DNA of 64,000 bases from a virus (taxonomy: Duplodnaviria; Heunggongvirae; Uroviricota; Caudoviricetes): positions 10,103 through 74,102 of the IMG/VR virus record IMGVR_UViG_3300044504_000033, one strand, 5' to 3'. The position numbers were made by a program, and so were the translations under genes. This document shows positions 57,687 to 64,000 of the stretch, piece after piece. Every line of letters starts with the position of its first letter. Positions within the stretch are counted from its first letter, which is position 1. The notes beneath the pieces are model-generated. The model saw only the letters and a program-made list of their open reading frames with translations, had not been told where the DNA came from and made no database searches.

Positions 57687-57878
57687 TCAGTTATTGAACT
57701 TGTATCCGTAAACTGCTCCACTGAATAGCTGATCGAGTTCATACACAGTGTGGTCAGGGTATGTCATGAAGAGGTTAAAATAGATCTCAGCTGGTGTCAA
57801 ATGTTTGTTTTCATTAATAAAACTTTGGACTTCTTCCAGTACAGTTAGTGCTTTATTTACTTTAGTTAAACGTGCCAT
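57687..57878 (-). CDS. hypothetical protein (63 aa)
   Basis: ORF in the small-gene array. Confidence 0.3.
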   Translation of the reverse strand: MARLTKVNKALTVLEEVQSFINENKHLTPAEIYFNLFMTYPDHTVYELDQLFSGAVYGYKFNN

Positions 57879-57880
57879 CT

Positions 57881-58090
57881 CTATTGCCCTTTTAAGATTG
57901 AATTTTCACGAAATTGTGAACGTCTTGTTTTGAGATTTTCATGTGCTACACGAATGCCTCCTAAGGTTCTTGCGCCCCAGAGCATCCTGAGAGCATCCAA
58001 CGTATAGTAGAATTCGTCTCTTAGATAGTTTCTGTAATCCTTTTCCGTCGCAAATTCGACAGTCTCTCCTCTTAATAGAATACTGAACAT
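57881..58090 (-). CDS. hypothetical protein (69 aa)
   Basis: ORF; an alternative overlapping frame (57939-58127) is less likely. Confidence 0.3.
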   Translation of the reverse strand: MFSILLRGETVEFATEKDYRNYLRDEFYYTLDALRMLWGARTLGGIRVAHENLKTRRSQFRENSILKGQ

Positions 58091-58275
58091 AATAGCTTCC
58101 TTTATACATCAATCCTGATTTTTGCAAAAGTGCCTGGTAGCGAGAACTTATATCTCAGCTCCCGATAGTTTCTTTGTGAGCTTTAAAGCATATGGCAGTG
58201 TCTTAAAGACTATCACAACATGCATACCCTAGTGATCTCGACCGAGTACTCTGTGTCCCAAATCCGAAGACATAG

Positions 58276-58707
58276 TCAGCTCCTCGGCGGATTGAAGGAC
58301 GTATCAACAGGCGATTCTTCCAGCAATCTCATCGACTTCACAACAAAGGTATTGATATCGTAAAGGTTATAATGTACTGTGTGGAGATCCAAGAATCCAC
58401 CAGAAGCCATACCGAGCGTCACACGATAGATACCCGCAGCCTCGAGGAGGTTCAATGCTGAAACTATGGTGGTGGTTAAGCTATCTGCCAATCTTACATA
58501 ATTACCTTTGGGGAGTTTGAACCACAAATCCGGATACACCTTCACAGTCTCTCGCTTGATTATAGTCAGGTAGCCTGTATCCACATTAGTCACAACCATG
58601 GAAGTTGGGTCTTGCAAGACCCGTTTGAAGATGCTACTCTGCAACAGTCTTTGAGATGGATGCGCTTCAATCAGATTGAAATCACAATATTTAAGTAGTT
58701 TTCTCAT
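58276..58707 (-). CDS. hypothetical protein (143 aa)
   Basis: ORF in the small-gene array. Confidence 0.35.
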   Translation of the reverse strand: MRKLLKYCDFNLIEAHPSQRLLQSSIFKRVLQDPTSMVVTNVDTGYLTIIKRETVKVYPDLWFKLPKGNYVRLADSLTTTIVSALNLLEAAGIYRVTLGMASGGFLDLHTVHYNLYDINTFVVKSMRLLEESPVDTSFNPPRS

Positions 58708-59011
58708 TTTCTAACCTCCATTCTATATAGAGCGCTCTAAGAAAGCCCAATTCGGCGATAATAGCCTTGTGCCTGACGCTAACGTCGACTCCAGCAGCGA
58801 TGCTGTCCCAGTAGGGTGTCTCACGACATTTAGTTTCCCCAGTCTTCTCTTTAATGGGACAGCCTTTACAGACGTACATGACTTCGTATGCAAAACTTCT
58901 ACAGAATGCACAATCTCGAGCACCAAGAAAAGTCCTGTGTGGGTTAGCTACAGCCTCTGTCCAGTGCGCTAGAACATCTAGCCACATTTCTTCGGTTACT
59001 TCAGTTACCAT
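58691..59011 (-). CDS. Cys-rich zinc-finger-like protein (106 aa)
   Basis: CAFCRS...CKGCPIKEK...C pattern. Confidence 0.35.
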   Translation of the reverse strand: MVTEVTEEMWLDVLAHWTEAVANPHRTFLGARDCAFCRSFAYEVMYVCKGCPIKEKTGETKCRETPYWDSIAAGVDVSVRHKAIIAELGFLRALYIEWRLENEKTT

Positions 59012-59165
59012 TTAGTTCTCCTTTCAAAGTGTCGATAGTATGGTTTGGGGTTGTTCACAGCTTCTCGGTTGGTAATCGTAATCTCTTTAAGATTATCGAG
59101 AACGAACTTACGGGCTGCTGTACCGAGGGTAACCCTAGAGGAAATCCGGATGATTGGGTTTTTAT

Positions 59166-59663
59166 TCACCTAGCCTGATACTTCATTGTTTCTAGATTAA
59201 GGACGGTATTCGTATCGTTAAAGTGATTGTAGAAGCTTGTAGCTTTCTTGAAAGAACTCCAGGTCTTTATGAACTTCTGGGCATCCGATTTTCGCTGAAA
59301 CCAGATAGTGAATTTTTGACCATCATGTAGTCTGTACTCGTCACTTCCAATTGCCCAACCTTGCCCTTCTTTGTTGAACTTTACATTATCCTCCAACCAC
59401 TCCACAACTTTAGGTCTTAAATTGTATATAGGTTTTCGTGAGTGAGCCATGAGAGTTGTCTCGTCTAGACCGAGATTTCGCTCCAGGGAAACTTTACGAT
59501 ATATATCTAAGTACGCGCCATCAATCATCATTGACTGAACAAGAATGCTCGGAATACTCACCCTATCTATGTATTGCTGAATCTCCACCATGTTGGCTGC
59601 GTGGTAGAAGCTACCATTATGTAGACTGTGTGAACAAAAACAATAATTTCTGTGTAAATGCAT
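59166..59663 (-). CDS. hypothetical protein (165 aa)
   Basis: ORF in the small-gene array. Confidence 0.35.
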   Translation of the reverse strand: MHLHRNYCFCSHSLHNGSFYHAANMVEIQQYIDRVSIPSILVQSMMIDGAYLDIYRKVSLERNLGLDETTLMAHSRKPIYNLRPKVVEWLEDNVKFNKEGQGWAIGSDEYRLHDGQKFTIWFQRKSDAQKFIKTWSSFKKATSFYNHFNDTNTVLNLETMKYQAR

Positions 59664-59708
59664 AATTGATTCCTTTATTAGATTGGGGAGTCGGACCCCA
59701 ACCTTTAG

Positions 59709-60968
59709 TTACTTACCCGTCATGCTCATATTGAGCGCGAGATCTTTAGCCATCTTGACATTGAGCATATTGATCATATCGGTGGCTGGTGAGCTGTTAC
59801 CATCACCGACATTCCCCATAACAATCTCAGGAACCCACTTCTGCTTTTCGATAGCTTGTGCAAAGCGATTCATAACACGCTCGTACGTAAGAAGTTTCTG
59901 GGCCAGAGCACCATCAGCCTTCATCACAAGCTCCTTATAGGCACCGTCACCTTCACCGCGAAGAATTTGTTCTTGCTTATACTCTTTTGCGGCGAACTTC
60001 TTCTGCTCGGCTTCCAGCTTCTGTTGAGTCGCAACATCCACCAACTGGGTAGCTGCGATTGTGGCTACTTCTTTTTCACGCTCGGCATCAACAATAGCTT
60101 GTTCCTTCAGAACTTCTTTCAGGTACTTAGCCGTCATTACGTTGGCTTTACCTTGTTCCTCTGAAGTGATCGCATCTTGCTTGGCACGTTCAGCATTGGC
60201 TATTGCGGTGATAATTGCCATAGTTGCTTCACGTTTTGTGGCAATTTGTTGGAGAGTCTTGGGTTCAAAATCCCAATCGGTGATTTGGAAACCATTTACG
60301 ACAATACCATAATCGGCCAAATCACTATTCAGATGTACAGGAATACCATCTTCACCATAACTGATTACAGGTACATTCTTCGTCACAGTCTTCGAGGTAC
60401 TTTCATCGAGCGTAGTAACTTTCTCAAGTTTGGTTTGAAACTTCCCTTTCGAGATTTGTTGGTTAGCCCATTGTGTATAAATGCTGCGCTTCTCTGCGTA
60501 AGCTTCCTCTGAACTCATCAGACCTGCCGTCAAGTTCATACCTTCTTCAGTCACCGGCTTAATCAACTTCTGAGCCACACCATTATTTGATCGAAAGGCT
60601 TTATGAAGATGGAGCATCGTTTCCTCATCAGATGGTAATGCAAAACGTGACTTACCGAATACAGTACCGGTGCCACCATCCTGGTAACGAACAGCAATCC
60701 CAACTTGGTCTAACGAAGACTCTGTGCCGGTGACCACCTTATCATAGTCAAAAGTAATCACATCATTGTATACGTCAGCCGAACCAAACCACTTAAGGTA
60801 GAATCCGGGGGTGAACTTGACTAACAGTGCACCGGATGGGTATTGAATAACAGTTCGGTGACCGGCATTATTGATGCCGGATGTCATTAAGGCTACGAGA
60901 AGACAAATAGCCAGTACCGCGATTGCTACTATCATCTTTACATCAAATTTCTTACTCATTGTTATCAC
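59709..60968 (-). CDS. SPFH / band-7 (prohibitin/HflK-like) membrane protein
   Basis: N-terminal TM (MIVAIAVLAICLLVALMTSG), central SPFH-like region, long C-terminal coiled coil rich in A/E/K/Q. Confidence 0.55.
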   Translation of the reverse strand: MITMSKKFDVKMIVAIAVLAICLLVALMTSGINNAGHRTVIQYPSGALLVKFTPGFYLKWFGSADVYNDVITFDYDKVVTGTESSLDQVGIAVRYQDGGTGTVFGKSRFALPSDEETMLHLHKAFRSNNGVAQKLIKPVTEEGMNLTAGLMSSEEAYAEKRSIYTQWANQQISKGKFQTKLEKVTTLDESTSKTVTKNVPVISYGEDGIPVHLNSDLADYGIVVNGFQITDWDFEPKTLQQIATKREATMAIITAIANAERAKQDAITSEEQGKANVMTAKYLKEVLKEQAIVDAEREKEVATIAATQLVDVATQQKLEAEQKKFAAKEYKQEQILRGEGDGAYKELVMKADGALAQKLLTYERVMNRFAQAIEKQKWVPEIVMGNVGDGNSSPATDMINMLNVKMAKDLALNMSMTGK

Positions 60969-61185
60969 CTTCTCTCGTTTTTAAGTTGTTACGTTTAGTA
61001 TCATTGAGCTTACGCTTCTTTTGAATCTGATCTTCCAAATTTAACACATCTGTTTCAATATTCACTTCATCCAACTCTCCTTCCTTACTTTTAATTTTTG
61101 TGCGGCGTTTAGTCATCTTAATGAGTTCACAGACGAGCGTATACAGCGCACCTAGAAATATCGTACCAAGTATTAGACGTAGCAT
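60952..61185 (-). CDS. small membrane protein (N-terminal TM, charged tail), coupled to SPFH gene
   Basis: 77 aa; stop/start overlap with the SPFH gene. Confidence 0.35.
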   Translation of the reverse strand: MLRLILGTIFLGALYTLVCELIKMTKRRTKIKSKEGELDEVNIETDVLNLEDQIQKKRKLNDTKRNNLKTREGDNNE

Positions 61186-61199
61186 TTATTATTTTCCTA

Positions 61200-61601
61200 T
61201 TAGAGTTTCTCGAGCGCCCAACTGTCCCACGTATTCAAGTACGCTCTGCCTGTAGTGGTTACAACTAATTGACTGTAATTTACAAAGCGACGATAACCGT
61301 AATCATCTACTACTACAACAGGATTACTTATAATGAAATGGTAATGCGAATTTTGATTCGGTAAATACTCTTTATCTCTTAGTGCAAGCTCCTCTCGCGT
61401 CAGTACACCATTACCAAAATTAGGAATACCATGAAACTCAATGGACTTGCACTGAGGGCAAGCAAATACGTCTGTTGGGTACACCCGTTCATTATCCGTG
61501 TTTAATACTTGCGCACCTGTGTCAATAGGCTTTAACTCGCTGGAACACTGGCAGCAGTCATGGGAATTACTCATTTTAACTTTTCTCCTAATGGAATACA
61601 T
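61200..61601 (-). CDS. zinc-ribbon protein (CCQCSS...CPQC)
   Basis: 133 aa with two CxxC pairs. Confidence 0.35.
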   Translation of the reverse strand: MYSIRRKVKMSNSHDCCQCSSELKPIDTGAQVLNTDNERVYPTDVFACPQCKSIEFHGIPNFGNGVLTREELALRDKEYLPNQNSHYHFIISNPVVVVDDYGYRRFVNYSQLVVTTTGRAYLNTWDSWALEKL

Positions 61602-61609
61602 ACTTGTAT

Positions 61610-61867
61610 TTAATCTTGTCCGATTTCGTCTAAATCTTGTGTGTACTTACGTGCCTCCTTGAAGAAATCATGCTCTTCATTACAGAAGGCTATGTTAGCT
61701 CCATGCCGATTTATATTATCGAAGAACGCCGCTACCAGATCTTCGAATTCAGGTTCGTTCCCATAATCCTTTAAATAGTGGTCACCCATTGTAGCTGTCT
61801 CTGGTATACAGATGACCTCTTTGATAGATGATGTCTGGCTTTTCCCAAGAGACGTGATAAGTCTCAT
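61610..61867 (-). CDS. hypothetical protein (85 aa)
   Basis: ORF in the small-gene array. Confidence 0.3.
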   Translation of the reverse strand: MRLITSLGKSQTSSIKEVICIPETATMGDHYLKDYGNEPEFEDLVAAFFDNINRHGANIAFCNEEHDFFKEARKYTQDLDEIGQD

Positions 61868-62150
61868 TAGCAGGATCCGTGGCGTAACTCGGTCTTACTT
61901 TGTAACCAAGCTCTCGGAGATCGTTAACCCAGGTTGTGTCTAACTTTCTAGGCGAAAAAGCTGCTTCTAATTTTATGAGTCTGAACTGAGTTTGAAAGTG
62001 TCCACGTAACCGTGCTTTATGAATGTGTACAAAGATCCAATCCATCACACGCTTGCGTTCAGTTTCCTGATATAGCTTCTCAATCATACCCTGTTGTATT
62101 TCTTCTAAACGCATTTTTGTTATTTTACGCATTACGTATGCTGGTACCAT
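61782..62150 (-). CDS. hypothetical basic protein (122 aa)
   Basis: Overlaps the next ORF by 86 nt; one of the two probably uses a later start. Confidence 0.3.
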   Translation of the reverse strand: MVPAYVMRKITKMRLEEIQQGMIEKLYQETERKRVMDWIFVHIHKARLRGHFQTQFRLIKLEAAFSPRKLDTTWVNDLRELGYKVRPSYATDPANETYHVSWEKPDIIYQRGHLYTRDSYNG

Positions 62151-62226
62151 TTGATACTCCTGTTGAAGATTGATGCCCTTAACTAAACTCGAGATAGTGA
62201 CCTACAGTCTAAGGGCTATAAAGGCG

Positions 62227-62248
62227 AAAAAAATCCCTCGAAGGGGAT
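62227..62248 (-). terminator. putative intrinsic terminator (minus strand): ATCCC-CUUCGA-GGGAU hairpin followed by U7
   Basis: Hairpin 62233-62248, A7 62227-62233 on plus strand. Confidence 0.45.
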
Positions 62249-62509
62249 CGAGGGAGAAAACTTAAAGCACAAACCTAAAAGGAGGATAAAAAGTCAATGC
62301 TTCAGTTTTTATATCGGTCTCGAGTTCACCGACCAGACTTGCTAATGGTACACTTTCTGTAGAGAAGACCACAGTGGCGATACCAGACCGAAATTGAGCA
62401 TGGCATTTAGATGATATCAGAGAGACAGAGACTCTGGGAATTATCTATAGGCCGCCATGCTAGCCTTTTGTAGCAAATAGGCTACCTCCCTTTCAGGAGG
62501 ATACCTATC

Positions 62510-63226
62510 TTATGCAACGTTTTCAGCGGCAACTTTTGCGGCATCTTTTGCAGCTTTAGCAGCAACCTTGGCAGCTTCTTTCTCAGCCTTGGCAGCTTCT
62601 TTTGCAGCTGCAAACTTAGCCTTGAGTTCCGCTACAGCTTCCGGGCTTACCAACTCAGCTTCTTTCAGCTGGGCAGTCTGCTCGGCTTTCATCAGACGAT
62701 ACGCTTCCAGACCCTCAGCGGCTTGAGGGGTGACCTCACGCTTGACGATACCGGCTTTGTAGGCCATCAGGATCGCGTCTTTGGTGGCGATAATCCAATC
62801 GGACAACTCTTCGTTACCACCACTTGCTGCGATCAGAGAGTTACGTGCGGCGAGTGCCTTCTCGGTAGCATCCATACGTTTGACAGCAGGCCAGCGAAAG
62901 GACTCTTTAATAGCATCGGGAGCTTTGGCGAGGAACGCCAAGTCGATATTACCGAGACCGTCGTTGTAGGCTACAACAACTGCATCAACACAAGCATCCA
63001 GTGCCCTCTTCTCAGCTTTTGTCACACGTTTGATGGTACCGGTGTCGAAGGCATTCAGTACAACATCTTCGTTTGACACGAGCCAGTTAGCCAGGTCAGC
63101 ATTACCACCACATACGACCTTCATTGCCTCGATGATCTTCGGGGCACGCAGGTGCTCTTTAGCTTCGGCTTCAGTGTTGAACTGGCGGCCATCAGGGGTA
63201 ATAATTACTTTTTTGAAATCAGACAT
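62510..63226 (-). CDS. hypothetical protein with internal ~40-aa duplication and Lys/Ala-rich (histone H1-like AKxA) C-terminal tail
   Basis: GGNADLANWLVSNEDVVLNAFDTGTIKR / GGNEELSDWIIATKDAILMAYKAGIVKR; C-terminus KAEKEAAKVAAKAAKDAAKVAA. Confidence 0.4.
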   Translation of the reverse strand: MSDFKKVIITPDGRQFNTEAEAKEHLRAPKIIEAMKVVCGGNADLANWLVSNEDVVLNAFDTGTIKRVTKAEKRALDACVDAVVVAYNDGLGNIDLAFLAKAPDAIKESFRWPAVKRMDATEKALAARNSLIAASGGNEELSDWIIATKDAILMAYKAGIVKREVTPQAAEGLEAYRLMKAEQTAQLKEAELVSPEAVAELKAKFAAAKEAAKAEKEAAKVAAKAAKDAAKVAAENVA

Positions 63227-63328
63227 TTTTCATTTCCTTTATATATACAGAATATACAACAACATTATTGCTATCATATGGATATCAGTTAGACGTAACT
63301 GACGAACGTACCGCTACAAAAATCAAAG

Positions 63329-63348
63329 TAGGTTAATTCAACGGGGTT
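63329..63348. promoter_or_regulatory. class I motif site 5 (variant AGGTTAATTCAACGGGGTT)
   Basis: ~105 nt upstream of gene 62510-63226. Confidence 0.45.
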
Positions 63349-63683
63349 GTCGGGGTGTTTTCGCCGGACTGTCGCGAACTTTCCGCCGTGGGGCTGCGAG
63401 TTCTATACTTACAGCTCCGTGGCGGCTTTTCATGGCAGTGGGGAGGACATCGTAAAGGCTCCGCTTTTTCAGGGTTTCTGTGAACACTCAGAAGTCTCTT
63501 CAGTTTATCCAACGAAATTATTTCAACTTTGGACACTCTGTAACAACTTCCACAAATCCATTTCTGTCGTAATGGGTTATCGGGTATTTCTAAGTATAAT
63601 CCTATTGGGCACGCTATATCCCCGCACACATCACATTTCTTTGTTTCGCTATGTGCGCGAGATAGATACCACGGTGATTTCAT
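63333..63683 (-). CDS. zinc-ribbon protein (CDVCGDIACP...CGSCY); C-terminal tail overlaps class I motif and may be spurious
   Basis: 116 aa; ordered N-terminal 75 aa; P/R/S/T-rich tail over GC-rich noncoding-like sequence. Confidence 0.3.
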   Translation of the reverse strand: MKSPWYLSRAHSETKKCDVCGDIACPIGLYLEIPDNPLRQKWICGSCYRVSKVEIISLDKLKRLLSVHRNPEKAEPLRCPPHCHEKPPRSCKYRTRSPTAESSRQSGENTPTTPLN

Positions 63684-63696
63684 AAGTGTCTCCTTG

Positions 63697-63969
63697 TTAC
63701 TTACTTGACAATATTTGTGCGCGTATGGTCAACGCATCTCGTCGTTGTCGATGAAATAATGCTTTAGCTTCAGGTTCTTGAGCTTTACGAATCTCTTCAA
63801 GTAACCTTGGGATATGCTCAGGCAATACAATTATACTCTGAGACATATCTTTAGGCATATACTCTCGTAGAGTGTATTCACCTGTAGCGCATGGTACCAA
63901 AGTGCCTATACTAGCTGTCTCAAATGGCACTCTACTTGTGAATACGGTCCTGAAGATATCACCAGTCAC
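63697..63969 (-). CDS. hypothetical protein (90 aa)
   Basis: ORF near the window edge. Confidence 0.3.
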   Translation of the reverse strand: MTGDIFRTVFTSRVPFETASIGTLVPCATGEYTLREYMPKDMSQSIIVLPEHIPRLLEEIRKAQEPEAKALFHRQRRDALTIRAQILSSK

Positions 63970-64000
63970 AACAGCATCACGCCCAAAGTAACAGTAACCT

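Noticed and set aside
62250-62510. 260-bp noncoding stretch and the GC-rich 12721-12903 segment examined for tRNA genes
   Set aside because: No GTTCRANYC T-loop, no plausible acceptor stem/CCA context or anticodon arm could be folded; no tRNA is called.

Overview
This 64 kb window reads as a contiguous piece of a tailed dsDNA phage genome with a long non-contractile (sipho-type) tail. Essentially every credible gene is on the minus strand; the plus-strand ORFs in the track are antisense shadows.

Gene order, read in the direction of transcription (high to low coordinate):
- ~64.0-48.9 kb: a dense array of small, mostly uncharacterised genes. Calls with recognisable features are an SPFH/band-7 protein, a PcfJ-like protein, a lipoprotein, several zinc-ribbon proteins, and duplicated small-gene pairs.
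- 48.1-48.7 kb: a small two-TM ORF followed by an HNH-AP2 homing-endonuclease-like gene, then a ~480 bp repeat-rich noncoding region (47.6-48.1 kb).
- 47.6-45.4 kb: putative small terminase, a deoxyribosyltransferase-like protein and the large terminase.
- 45.2-39.5 kb: a fibre/repeat-protein module.
- 39.2-37.6 kb: portal.
- 37.1-32.5 kb: a 1537-aa protein whose N-terminus is a MuF/SPP1-gp7-type minor-head domain and whose C-terminal half carries all three catalytic motifs of T7-like single-subunit RNA polymerases.
- 32.4-28.7 kb: scaffold, major capsid protein, head-tail joining proteins and major tail protein.
- 27.3-20.6 kb: a 2251-aa tape measure protein with an HExxH zincin motif and three ~45-aa repeats.
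- 20.5-14.0 kb: distal tail proteins and a 1411-aa lambda-J-like tip fibre.
- 13.8-12.9 kb: a SET-domain protein.
- 12.6-11.7 kb: holin-like protein and M15 peptidase endolysin.
- 11.1-9.5 kb: a small regulatory cluster including an HTH protein and paired palindromic operators.
- 9.3-7.0 kb: a second, 754-aa T7-like RNA polymerase.
- 7.0-0.2 kb: replication genes. These are an SSB-like protein, a DUF3310 protein, a family A DNA polymerase with 3'-5' exonuclease, an HD hydrolase, a FEN-type 5' nuclease and a GIY-YIG endonuclease.

Recurrent noncoding signals:
- an 18-bp motif TTAATTTAACGGGGTC at five operon boundaries;
- a related 22-bp motif at gene junctions in the small-gene array;
- three hairpins with CGAAGG-type loops next to A/T tracts, most simply read as minus-strand intrinsic terminators.

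The most interesting system-level observation is the pairing of a capsid-targeted, presumably ejected RNA polymerase (MuF fusion) with a second soluble T7-like RNAP and the two candidate promoter classes. I could not place this phage in a named genus from sequence alone.
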